In this document: positions 1 to 9,499 of the stretch, piece after piece | How positions within the stretch are numbered: position 1 is the stretch's first letter | Layout: the number at the start of each line of letters is the position of its first letter | Assembly (NCBI GenBank): GCA_049840735.1 | Contig: JASGJN010000017.1 | Location: 480,001 to 544,000 of the forward strand | Length of the DNA stretch: 64,000 nt | Source: Anaeromyxobacter sp. | Lineage (GTDB): Bacteria > Myxococcota > Myxococcia > Myxococcales > Anaeromyxobacteraceae | Direction of reading: 5' to 3' | Program-made: the position numbers and the translations under genes | The notes under the pieces: model-generated | The model's database searches: none | Seen by the model: only the letters and a program-made list of their open reading frames with translations | Told to the model about the DNA's origin: nothing

Positions 1-649
1 CGATGGCCCAGGCCGAGTGGCGGGAGGTGGAGGCGATGAAGACCAGCGACTCCACCAGCTCCGGATACAGGAGCGCCCACTCCAGCGCCTGCATGCCGCC
101 CAGCGAGCCGCCGATCACCATCCGCACCCGGCGCACGCCCAGGGCCGTCACCAGCGCCTGCTGGGCCCGGACCATGTCGCGGATGCTGACGTCCGGGAAG
201 CGGCCCAGGTACGGCTCGCCGGTGGCCGGATCGACGGAGGTGGGGCCGGTGGTGCCGTAGCAGCTGCCCAGGATGTTGGAGCAGACGATGAAGTCGCGCT
301 CCGGGTCGAAGGCGCGGCCGGGCCCGAACATCCGCGTCCACCAGCGGTCGGCGTCGGCCGAGCCGGTGAGCGCGTGGCACACCACCACCGCGTTGCCGCC
401 GTCGGGAGCCAGCGTCCCCCAGGTGCGATAGGCGACGCGGAGCGACTGCAGCGTCCCACCGGACTCCAGCGCGAAGGGGCCTGGGTGGAGGTAGGCGAGC
501 GTGTCGGGCGACACGAAGGCGTCGCGGGCCGCCTGGCGCTCCCGACCCAGGCCCCCACCCGCCCGCACCCCAGGCTCCCCGGGGAGCGATGGGGCACCGC
601 GCGGCGGGCGGGCGGACGGCCCGCCCTGTGGGTCCTGGTCGGAAGCCAT
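1..649 (-). CDS. metX: homoserine O-acetyltransferase (5' part; runs off the window edge)
   Basis: Manual translation of the minus strand gives [62 protein letters not shown], with the GxSxG nucleophile elbow. In-frame ATG at 649. Not in the ORF track because it is truncated. Confidence 0.9.
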   Translation of the reverse strand, partial: MASDQDPQGGPSARPPRGAPSLPGEPGVRAGGGLGRERQAARDAFVSPDTLAYLHPGPFALESGGTLQSLRVAYRTWGTLAPDGGNAVVVCHALTGSADADRWWTRMFGPGRAFDPERDFIVCSNILGSCYGTTGPTSVDPATGEPYLGRFPDVSIRDMVRAQQALVTALGVRRVRMVIGGSLGGMQALEWALLYPELVESLVFIASTSRHSAWAI

Positions 650-883
650 GGGCCGCGGAGCGTAACTGCGCGAGATCCCGGGGTCAAGGCGGCTGCCGCG
701 CCGCGCCGCCCCGCCAGCGCGCTGGCGCCGGCTGCGCCAGCATTCACGTGCGGTGAACCGATTCCGTCCCGGGTTCATGGTAGCGGGTTGTCCTGGCGCT
801 TGGGTACGAGGAGACCCCTGGAGGGCGCGCTGAGTCAATCGCGGAAGTGCCCGGAATCTGGCGCAGGGCACCCGGCGTCAAAT

Positions 884-899
884 TGGCCCTCGCCTTGCT
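884..899 (+). promoter_or_regulatory. sigma54 -24/-12 promoter
   Basis: TGGCCCTCGCCTTGCT (GG-N10-GC) upstream of the first bEBP gene. Confidence 0.7.
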
Positions 900-953
900 C
901 TTGGCGCCAGACCGACGACGCCAGCGACCCGGCGACACGGAGCGAGCCACCGA

Positions 954-2171
954 ATGACGACGACTGCACCCGAGGGGACGAACATCGCCATGAACGGTCC
1001 GCAGCTGGTGTTCGGCCCCGAGAGCCCCCTCGGCGCGCTGGTGCGCACCTGCCACCGCATCGCCCAGAGCGACGCCACCGTCCTCCTGACCGGCGGAACC
1101 GGCACCGGCAAGGAGGTCTTCGCCCGCACCATCCACGACAACAGCGCGCGCGCCGGCCGGCCGCTGGTGCCGGTCAACTGCGGCGCCATCCCCGAGGCGC
1201 TGCTCGAGTCCGAGCTCTTCGGCCACGTCCGCGGCGCCTTCACCGGCGCGCACCAGTCCCGGCGCGGCCGGCTGGCGGCCGCCGACGGCGGCACCCTCTT
1301 CCTGGACGAGGTGGGCGAGCTGCCGCTGGCGCTCCAGGTCAAGCTGCTCCGCGTCCTGCAGGAGCGGACCTACGAGCCGGTCGGCTCCACCGAGGCCCAT
1401 CCCCGCCGACTTCCGCCTGATCGCCGCCACCAACCGCGACCTGGCCGCCGAGGTGGCCGCGGGCCGCTTCCGCCGGGACCTCTACTACCGGCTGCTGGTG
1501 TGCCCCATGGAATCCCGCCCCCTGCGCGCGCGCGGCGGCGACGCGGTCCGCCTCTTCCAGCACTTCTGGGCCGCCCGCGGCGAGCGCCGCCCGCTCGAGC
1601 CGGCCGTCCTCGAGGCGCTGCAGGGCTACGACTGGCCGGGCAACGTCCGCGAGCTGGAGAACCTGGTGGAGCGGCTCTCGGTCTGCGCCGAGGGGACGTC
1701 CATCCGCCTCACCGACCTGCCGGTCGCGCTGCGTGCACGCCGGGTGAACGGCGCCACGCTGGCCGTGGTGGAGGCGGCCCCCGCCGGGCCGGCCGCCGAG
1801 GCCGCGCCCACGCCCCGTGCCGGCCTTCGCCGAGCACCATCGTCCCCAGCGCCGCCGCGCCGGCCGCCGTCGCGCCCGTGGCCGCCGTCCCGCCTGCTCC
1901 GGCTGCCCCCTCCGGCGCCGTGCTGGACGAGGGGATCGACCACCTTCCATCCTCCGGGCCCTCACCGCCGAGGACGCGCCGCCGCTGGTGGAATCCGGCC
2001 CTGGTGGCCGGTCGCCCGGTGGACCTGCCCCGGCTGCTGCGCCGCCTGGAGGAGGCCTACATCGCCGCCGCCCTGGCGCGGACCGGCGGGAACAAGAAGG
2101 CCGCCGCCGACCTGCTCGGCCTGCAGCGCACGACGCTGGTGGAGAAGCTCCGGCGGAAGAGCAAGGAGTAG
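954..2171 (+). CDS. sigma54-dependent activator (FleQ/FlrA-like master regulator) with no N-terminal regulatory domain; apparent frameshifts near 1400 and 1820-1990
   Basis: Walker [24 protein letters not shown], Walker [18 protein letters not shown] and [10 protein letters not shown] fall in a second frame. Fis-type [25 protein letters not shown]. Confidence 0.9.
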   Translation: MTTTAPEGTNIAMNGPQLVFGPESPLGALVRTCHRIAQSDATVLLTGGTGTGKEVFARTIHDNSARAGRPLVPVNCGAIPEALLESELFGHVRGAFTGAHQSRRGRLAAADGGTLFLDEVGELPLALQVKLLRVLQERTYEPVGSTEAHPRRLPPDRRHQPRPGRRGGRGPLPPGPLLPAAGVPHGIPPPARARRRRGPPLPALLGRPRRAPPARAGRPRGAAGLRLAGQRPRAGEPGGAALGLRRGDVHPPHRPAGRAACTPGERRHAGRGGGGPRRAGRRGRAHAPCRPSPSTIVPSAAAPAAVAPVAAVPPAPAAPSGAVLDEGIDHLPSSGPSPPRTRRRWWNPALVAGRPVDLPRLLRRLEEAYIAAALARTGGNKKAAADLLGLQRTTLVEKLRRKSKE

Positions 2172-2407
2172 CCCACTGTCGAGGCCGCGCAGCGGCCGAG
2201 AGCCTGCCAGCCCGACTGCCCGAGACGCTCCAGCCGCCCGCGCGGGCAGGGCGCCATCGCCTCACACCCACGTCCCTGGACCCTCGCGGGCGTCGCGCCT
2301 GCGTTCCGCGAGCCCGGACGCCTCGGCTCAATCGGCCCTCCCGACACCACCTTTCACCCGTAGAACCGCCCCCCTCGGCCCCCCGTCAATTCCCCAGGCG
2401 CCACCGT

Positions 2408-2423
2408 GTGCACGCCCGTTGCA
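2408..2423 (+). promoter_or_regulatory. near-consensus sigma54 promoter
   Basis: GTGCACGCCCGTTGCA: perfect -12 TTGCA, but the -24 reads TG instead of GG. Confidence 0.45.
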
Positions 2424-2439
2424 CTGGTGCCCCGGCGTG

Positions 2440-3749
2440 ATGTCTTCCGCCGCCATTCTGGCGCTCGCCCTCGCCGCCCCCGGCCCCCTGGCCCTGCTCC
2501 AGGAGTCGGAGCGGCTCGACCTCCGGCTCACCGGCCAGGTGCGGCTGGTGGCGAACCCGTTCGTCCGCGAGTGGACCATCCTGGTGCCGGCGGGCGGCGC
2601 CCCCACCCTGGCGCGGCAGCTCACCGGCGCGTCCAAGCTCTGCCCGGCCATCGTCCTCTCCGGCCCGGGCGAGGTGGTGCTGCGCTGCACCACCGCCCGC
2701 ATCCGCGCCACGCTGGTCCGCACCCCGGCCGGCTGGGCCCTCGACCTCTCCCGATCACCATCCCGCCCTGGCGCCCCGAGGAGGAGGGGCCGCCCATCGT
2801 CCCCTTCGACCCTGCGGCCGCGCGGCTGGGCGCCTGCCCCGGCACCACCCCCGCCATCCAGGGCGAGTGCGCGCTGCGCGCCGGCGACCTGGAGACGGCG
2901 CGGGCGGAGACCGGCCCCGAGGCCGCGGCCGCCGGGCGCGACGCGCTGGCCGAGCTGCGCCTGGGCAACCTGGCGCTGCGCGACGACGAGCCGGACAAGG
3001 CCAAGGACCACTGGCACCGGGCCCGCAACGAGGTCCCCTGGGCCGCCGGCCGCCTCGCGCCTGTGCGAGCTGGACGCCCGCTGCCTGCGCTCCATGGAGA
3101 TGCCGGCGGTGTTCAACCCGGTCAACGTGGAGCAGGCGTTCCGGGCCAATATGGTGCTGCGCCGGGCCAGGCTGCGCGCCTTCGACGACGACCTGGTCGG
3201 CGCCGCGGTCGCGCTGGTGAGGAGGAAGACTCGCGGGCGGGGCCTGCCTTGCAGGCCGAGGCCTGGTGCCGCCACATCCTGCTGGCCGCGCTGAAGCTCC
3301 CGCCGCCCCGCGGCACGCGCGCCCTGGAGGCCTATCTGGACCTGCCCGGCCGCCGCGGCGGCCCGCTGGCGCTGGAGCTGGTCCGCGCCGCGGCGCGGCA
3401 GGCGGAGCGCGCCGGCGCGCCGGCCTTCGCCGCCAACCTGCTGGCGGCCGCCACCGGCGACGTGCCCGGGCCGGAGCTGGAGGCCCACCTGCTCAAGACC
3501 GCCGAGCTGTTCCTGGCCGGCGACGACGCGGCGCGCGCGGACGAGATCGCCCGGTTCGCCCGCGCCCGCCTGGGCGAGCCCGCGCTGCGGAAGGGCGGCT
3601 GGGTCCCGCTCCGCGCCGCCCTGGCCTCCCCCGCCGCCGGCGCCGGGCCCGAGACGCCCGCGCCCACCCAGGATCCCGATCTCGTCGCCGCGCGCGCCGC
3701 CCTGGACGCCGCGAAGACCCTCCAGCAGGACCGAGGAGCGAAGCCGTGA
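2440..3749 (+). CDS. exported, helical (TPR-like) hypothetical protein; several apparent frameshifts
   Basis: Signal-like N-terminus MSSAAILALALAAPG. Coding frame alternates between ORFs 1453..3294 and 2406..3749. Helical repeats (LAELRLGNLALRDDEPDKAKDHW; HLLKTAELFLAGDDAARA). Stop overlaps the next GTG. Confidence 0.6.
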
Positions 3750-4754
3750 GCACGTACGCCCGCCCGACCCACCCGCCCGCAGAGCCCGTCGCCGCCTGCG
3801 CCGCGATGCAGGACGCGCTGCGCGCCCTCCGCGAGGTGGCCTCCACCCCCACCACCGTGCTGCTGCTGGGCGAGCCCGGCACCGGCCGCACCCACCTGGC
3901 CCGGCTGCTCCACCTCCGCTCCGGGCGCACCGGCCCCTGCGTGATCCTGCGCTGCGACACCGGCGAGGACCCGCTCGAGGACGACCTCCCCGGCGATCGG
4001 CTGGCCGCCGCGGCCGGCGGCACGCTGGTGCTGCGCGAGGTGGGGGCGCTCCACCCGGCCGCGCAGGCCCGCCTGGTGCGCGCGCTCCAGGAGCGCGACG
4101 CCCGCGGCGACCGGAGCCCGGCGCGGATCGTGGCCACCGCCACCACCGACCTGGCCGAGGCGGTGAGGGAGGGGCTGTTCCGCTCCGACCTCTACTACCG
4201 GCTCAACGTGCTGGCCATCACCCTGCCGCCGCTGCGGGCTCGCACCGCCGACCTCGAGCCGCTCGCCGCCGCCTTCGTGGCGGAGGCCGCCGCGGCCCGC
4301 GGCGACGATCGCGCACCCGCGCTCACCCCGGCCGCCCTGGCGGCGATCGCCGCGCACCCGTTCCCCGGGAACGTGCGCGAGCTCCGCGACGTGCTGGCGA
4401 GGGCCGTGGCCCGGGCCCGCGGCGAGCCGCTCCTCCCCTCCCACCTCGGCCTCCCCCCGGGCGCGGCGACGTTCCCCGACCACCTCCCGCTCGAATCTGG
4501 CCGAGCTGGAGCGGCTGGCCATCGAGGAGGCGCTGCGGCGCGTGGGCGGCAACCGCACCCAGGCCGCGAAGCTGCTCAACATCGGCCTGCGCACCCTGCG
4601 CAACAAGCTGGCGGCGTGGCGCGCCGCGGGCGAGGTCGTCCCGGCCCCGCGCACCCGGCCGGAACTGCCGGCGCGCGCGGACCCTGGGGCCGACACGACC
4701 GCCGAGATCCTGGCGCGGTCCTGGGCACGGCGTTCGCAAGAACGTCGGGCATGA
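3746..4754 (+). CDS. degenerate sigma54 enhancer-binding-like protein (AAA+ and HTH; no GAFTGA); frameshift near 4495
   Basis: GEPGTGRT, GGTLVLREV, FRSDLYYRLNV, FPGNVRELRD, and HTH GGNRTQAAKLLNIGLRTLRNKL in ORF 4542..4754. Confidence 0.85.
4723..4738 (+). promoter_or_regulatory. sigma54 promoter for flgB, inside the upstream gene
   Basis: GGGCACGGCGTTCGCA (GG-N10-GC) ending 12 bp before the flgB ATG. Confidence 0.6.
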
Positions 4755-5170
4755 AGCTCTTCGACGCCACGCTCTCGACGCTCCAGCGCAGCCTCGACGT
4801 CCGCCTCTCCCGTCAGTCGGTCCTGGCCGGCAACCTGGCCAACGCCAACACGCCCGACTACGTCCCCCGTGAGCTCGACTTCTCCGCCGCGATGGCCGCG
4901 GCGCTGGACCCGGCCGTGCCGGATCCGGCCGCGGTCGCGCGGCCGGGGGATCTGCCGCTGGGCGCCGCCGCGGCCGCCCCCGGCTCCCCCGAGGCCTTCA
5001 TCACCGCCGCCCCCGGCGCCGCCCCCGGCCTCGACGGCAACGCCGTGGACCTGGACCAGGTGGCCTCCGCCATCGCCGAGAACGGCCTGCAGTACGGCGC
5101 CGCCGCCAAGGCCGCCGCCAAGAAGCTGGCCATCCTCAAGTACGCCGCCTCCGACGGCACCGCCGCCTAG
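4751..5170 (+). CDS. flgB: flagellar basal-body rod protein FlgB
   Basis: MKLFD..SLDVRLSRQSVLAGNLANANTPDY..DGNAVDLD; precedes flgC. Confidence 0.93.
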   Translation: MKLFDATLSTLQRSLDVRLSRQSVLAGNLANANTPDYVPRELDFSAAMAAALDPAVPDPAAVARPGDLPLGAAAAAPGSPEAFITAAPGAAPGLDGNAVDLDQVASAIAENGLQYGAAAKAAAKKLAILKYAASDGTAA

Positions 5171-5184
5171 CGCCGGGAGCGACC

Positions 5185-5616
5185 ATGGACTTCCTCTCCG
5201 CCCTCCGCATCAGCTCGACCGGCCTCTCCGCCGAGCGCGTGCGCGTCAACGCGGCGGCCAGCAACCTGGCCAACGCCGAGACCACCCGCGGCCCGGACGG
5301 CAAGCCCTACCAGCGGATCGACCCGGTGCTGGAGGCCGTCCCCTTCGACGCCGCGCTGGGCGCGGCCGGGCCGGAGGACGCCGCCGCCGCCACCGTGCGC
5401 GTGACCGAGCTGTCGCGCGACGAGGGGCCGGGCCGGCGCGTCTACATGCCCACCCACCCCGACGCCGACGCCGACGGGTTCGTGACGCTGCCCAACGTCA
5501 ACCCGGTCCACGAGATCGTGAACCTGATGTCGGCGCAGAAGTCCTACGACGCCAACGCGACGGCGGTCGAGACCCTCAAGACGATGGCGCAGCGCGCCCT
5601 CGACATCACGCGGTGA
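5185..5616 (+). CDS. flgC: flagellar basal-body rod protein FlgC
   Basis: ISSTGLSAERVRVNAAASNLANAETTR..HPDADADGFVTLPNVN..SYDAN. Confidence 0.96.
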   Translation: MDFLSALRISSTGLSAERVRVNAAASNLANAETTRGPDGKPYQRIDPVLEAVPFDAALGAAGPEDAAAATVRVTELSRDEGPGRRVYMPTHPDADADGFVTLPNVNPVHEIVNLMSAQKSYDANATAVETLKTMAQRALDITR

Positions 5617-5624
5617 GGTGAACC

Positions 5625-5930
5625 ATGGACGGGATCCGCGGCATCGGCGGCCGAGATCGCCCCATCGAGCCCGGCACCGGCGCGGCCGGCGGCGCGGGCG
5701 CAGCGCGGCCGGCCACGTCGTTCGCCGACACGCTCGGCCAGGCCATCTCCCGCGTGGACGGGCTGCAGCTGCAGGCCGACGGCGAGGCGCAGAAGGTGGC
5801 CATGGGCGAGGGCAACCTCCACGAGGTGGCGCTGGCGCTGGAGAAGGCCGACGTCTCGCTGCGGGTCCTGACCAAGGTCCGCAACAAGATCGTCGAGGCG
5901 TACCAGGAAGTCATGCGGATGAACGTCTGA
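5625..5930 (+). CDS. fliE: hook-basal body protein FliE
   Basis: SFADTL..LHEVALALEKADVSLRVLTKVRNKIVEAYQEVMRMNV. Confidence 0.96.
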   Translation: MDGIRGIGGRDRPIEPGTGAAGGAGAARPATSFADTLGQAISRVDGLQLQADGEAQKVAMGEGNLHEVALALEKADVSLRVLTKVRNKIVEAYQEVMRMNV

Positions 5931-5952
5931 GCGCGAGCCACCGGAGCCTTCG

Positions 5953-7544
5953 ATGGAGCCCCTGCTGAAGCAACTTCGCGAGCTGCCCCGCCTCCTGGGC
6001 GCCCTCCCCGCCGGCCTCAAGCTGGTGCTGGTGGTGGGCGCGCTGGCGGCCATCGGGGTGGGCGCCTGGAGCGCGGTCTCGTCCGCCGAGGCCTACCAGT
6101 ACGCCTTCACGAACCTGACCCCCGAGGACTCGGCCGAGGCGGCCGCCGCGCTCAAGAACGCCGGCGTCCCCTTCCGGCTCGAGGCCGGCGGCTCGGCCCT
6201 GGCCGTCCCGGGCACCAAGGTCTACGACGCGCGGCTCCTGCTGGCCGGCGCCGGCCTGCCGCGCGGCGGCGGGGTGGGCTTCGAGATCTTCGACCGCGGC
6301 GACCTGGGCGTCTCCGAGTTCACGCAGAAGGTGAACCTCCGCCGGGCCACCGAGGGCGAGCTGGCGCGCACCATCTCCCGCCTGGCGCAGGTCCGCACCG
6401 CCCGCGTCCACCTCACGCTCTCCGAGAAGGGCCTGTACCGCGACCAGGACAAGAACGCGGCCGCGGCGGTGGTGGTGAACCTGCAGTCCGGGCGCACGCT
6501 GGGCGAGCGCGAGATTGCCGGCATCCGCCACCTGGTCGCCTCCGCCGTGCCCGGCCTGGCCCCGGCCGCGGTCTCGATCCTCGACGGCCGCGGCGAGGTG
6601 CTCACCAGCGAGGGCGGCCTGGGCGAGGCCGTCTCCTACCAGAAGCGGCTGGAGGCCGACCTGGAGTCGCGCGTGGTGGACCTGCTCGAGCAGGCCGTCG
6701 GCCACGGCTCGGTGGTGGCCCGCATCACCGCGGCCGTGGACGCCTCCGAGGTCCAGACCAGCGCGCAGGTGGTGGATCCGGAGTCGGCCACGGTCCGCAG
6801 CGAGCGGAAGCTGGCCCAGCAGACCTCGGCCGACGGCGGCGGCGGCGGCGGCGTGGCCGGCGCGGCGGCGAACCAGCCGCTCCAGACCGCGGCCACCAGC
6901 AGCTCCAGCCGCGGCCGCAGCCAGTCCACCACCGACGACCAGACCCGCAACTACGAGATCTCCACCACCACCACCACCACCGTGGCCCGGAATCCCCCGG
7001 CTGCAGCGGATCTCGGTGGCCGTGCTGGTGGACGGCGCCGGCGGCAAGCCGCGGCCGGAGGCCGAGCTGGCCCGCCTGGGCGAGCTGGCCAAGCGCGCGG
7101 TCGGCTTCGACGCCGAGCGCGGCGACACCTTCGAGATCTCCTCCTCCCCCTTCGTGAAGGCCGAGGAGGGGCCGGCGGCCGAGGCCCCCGCGCCCTCCTG
7201 GATGGACAAGCCCATCGTCCGCACCGCGCTGATCGGCGTGGGCGCCCTGCTGGCGCTGCTGATCGTGGCCTTCGCGCTGCGCGGCCGCGGCGGCCCGGCC
7301 CGCCGCGAGGAGCTGCCGCTCACCCCGGGCGCCCGCGTGGCCGAGATTCGAGGCCGCGCTGGCCCGCGAGGCCGGCCTGCCGCCCGGCGCCGCCCGCCCG
7401 GCCCTGGCCGACCCCGCCGCCTCGCTGCGCGAGCGCGCCCGCGAGCTGGCCACCAAGGACCCCACCCGCGCCGCCCACATCCTGAAGGCGTGGATGGCGC
7501 AGGAGCAGAACTCCACCGTCAACCGGAGCTCCAACAATGGCTGA
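5953..7544 (+). CDS. fliF: MS-ring protein FliF; apparent frameshifts near 6992 and 7346
   Basis: GVGFEIFD..LGVSEFTQKVNLRRATEGELARTI..ARVHL; RISVAVLVDG..AVGFDAERGD in the second frame; third frame ends AAHILKAWMAQ..TGA at 7544. Confidence 0.92.
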
Positions 7545-8595
7545 CGCCGCCGCCGCCGCACCCGCCGCTGCCGCCCCCGCGCCCATGGTCCTCGACCCCA
7601 TCCCCGGCGTCGGCAGCCAGCGCGCCGCGGCCGTCCTCCTGGGCATCGGCCCCGAGGTCGCCGCCACGGTCTTCAAGATGTTCGGCGAGCAGGAGCTCCG
7701 GCGCATCGCGCTCGGCGCCAAGGAGCTGCGCGCCCGCGGGTCGGCCGCCATCTCCGACGCGCTGGAGGTCTTCTGCTCCAACATGGAGACGGTGGGCGGC
7801 GACGCCGCCGCCGGCGACGACCTGCTGCGCGAGGTGGCGGAGAAGGCGCTCGGCCCGGACATCGCCCGGCGCGCCTTCGACGGCGTGGTCCCGCCCCCGC
7901 CGCCGGACGAGGTGCTGGGCCCGGTCTCGCAGGCCGACCCCGAGGCGCTGGCCATGGTGCTGCAGCGCGAGCAGTCGCAGACCATCGCGCTGGTGCTCTC
8001 CTCCCTCGACTCCTGGCGCGCGGCGGGGGTCATGGATCGCCTGCCGGAGAAGCTCCGCCCGGACGTGCTCCGGCGCATGGCCACCATCGAGTCGGTGGCG
8101 CCGGAGGTCCTCCGCGAGGTGGGCCAGGCCCTCTCCACCGAGCTCAAGGCGCTGGTGGCGGGCGGCATGCGCAAGGTGGACGGCAAGTCCACCGCGCTGG
8201 AGATCCTGCGCCGCACCGCGCCGCAGGCCCAGGGCGTGGTGCTGGCCGAGATCGAGAAGGACGACGCCCAGCTGGCCACCGACCTGCGCGGCAAGCTCTT
8301 CACCTTCGGCGACCTGGTCAACCTGGCCGACCGCGACCTGCAGACGCTGCTCCGCGAGATCGACGCCCAGCGGCTCACCGTCGCCCTCAAGGGCGCCGCC
8401 GCCGACATCCGCCAGAAGTTCCTCCAGAACCTCTCCTCCCGCGCGGCCGAGATGCTCTCCGACGACCTCGCCGCCATGGGGCCCGTCAAGCTCTCCAGCG
8501 TCGAGGCGGCGCAGCAGGACATCGCCAAGACCGCCCAGGAGCTGGCGCAGGCCGGCCGGATCACCATCGTCGGGCCGTCCGAGAAGATGCTCTGA
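7537..8595 (+). CDS. fliG: flagellar motor switch protein FliG
   Basis: RAAAVLLGIG, EQSQTIALVLSSL, LFTFGDL..LQTLLREID..NLSSRAAEML..MGPVKLSSVEAAQQDI. Confidence 0.96.
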   Translation: MADAAAAAPAAAAPAPMVLDPIPGVGSQRAAAVLLGIGPEVAATVFKMFGEQELRRIALGAKELRARGSAAISDALEVFCSNMETVGGDAAAGDDLLREVAEKALGPDIARRAFDGVVPPPPPDEVLGPVSQADPEALAMVLQREQSQTIALVLSSLDSWRAAGVMDRLPEKLRPDVLRRMATIESVAPEVLREVGQALSTELKALVAGGMRKVDGKSTALEILRRTAPQAQGVVLAEIEKDDAQLATDLRGKLFTFGDLVNLADRDLQTLLREIDAQRLTVALKGAAADIRQKFLQNLSSRAAEMLSDDLAAMGPVKLSSVEAAQQDIAKTAQELAQAGRITIVGPSEKML

Positions 8596-8637
8596 GCGAT
8601 CGACCATGCCGCGTGAACTGGATCGTCACGGAGGTAC

Positions 8638-8868
8638 GGGGTGGGGGGCCCCCTGCGAAGCAGGGGGGAGGGGCGCAGCCCCTCGACGCGGGGCAGCCGC
8701 GCGGAGCCGCGAAGCGGCGAGCACGGCGCAGGGCCCCGCGCAGCAGGGGTGGGGCCCCGACGGCTTTGCCGGCGGGGCGGGGGCGCAGCCCCCGTGTGAT
8801 CATCCTGAACGGCTGTCGCGATTCGCGACACCGACAGGTGCTCGCGAAACGCGAACTGACGTTCAGGA
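8638..8868. repeat. structured intergenic palindromic element (REP/MITE-like)
   Basis: Hairpins CCCCTGC-GAA-GCAGGGG, GAGGGGC-GCA-GCCCCTC, GCCGC-GAA-GCGGC and GGGGGC-GCA-GCCCCC. 9-bp inverted repeat TCCTGAACG (8803-8811) / CGTTCAGGA (8860-8868). Related copies near 31050-31106 and 44097-44144. Confidence 0.75.
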
Positions 8869-8880
8869 GCCTGAGCCACC

Positions 8881-9499
8881 ATGATCGGCACGCCCCGCCC
8901 CCCCAGCTTCCTCGCCGCCCTCGCCGGCCCCGGCGCCACCGTCCGCCCTGCCTTCGTCCCCGCCGGCACCCCGGCGCCGCCGCGGCCGCCGCAGCGGCTG
9001 CCGCACGGCCAGGTCCAGCAGCCCCCGGAGCCGCCCCCCGGCCCGACCGCCGAGGAGCTCGCCGCCATCCGCGCCGAGGCCATGCAGCAGGTGGCCCACG
9101 GCGTGGAGGTGCTGCGGCTGCAGGCGGAGCGGCTGGCCGAGCAGGCCCGCAGCGACGCCATCGAGATCGGGTTCCAGGTGGCGCGCCGCATCCTGGAGGC
9201 CGAGCTGACCACCTCGCCCCAGGCGCTCTTCGCCCTGGTCCGCTCGGCGCTCAAGCGCGCCGGCGACTCGCGCAGGATCGTGGTCCGCCTCCACCCGGAG
9301 GACGCCGGGCTGGTGACCCCGATCACCGCCGCCGAGGGGACCGGGCTCTCCGCCGCGCTGGTCGAGGTGGCGGGGGATCCCCTCCCTGGAGCCGGGCGAC
9401 GTGGTGGTGGACACCGACTTCGGCAAGGTCGACGGCCGCCTCCGCACCCGCTTCGAGGAGCTGTACCGCGCGGCCACCGCCGAGGAAGGGGTCGCGTAG
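8881..9499 (+). CDS. fliH: flagellar assembly protein FliH; frameshift near 9380
   Basis: DAIEIGFQVARRILEAEL..IVVRLHPED, then LEPGDVVVDTDFGKVDGRL in the shifted frame; between fliG and fliI. Confidence 0.88.

Noticed and set aside
650..880. SAM riboswitch upstream of metX
   Set aside because: I could not find SAM-I/II core motifs on the minus strand; an Rfam scan would settle it.
8638..8868. CRISPR array or tRNA
   Set aside because: No regular repeat-spacer period, no cas genes, and no cloverleaf with a T-loop consensus.
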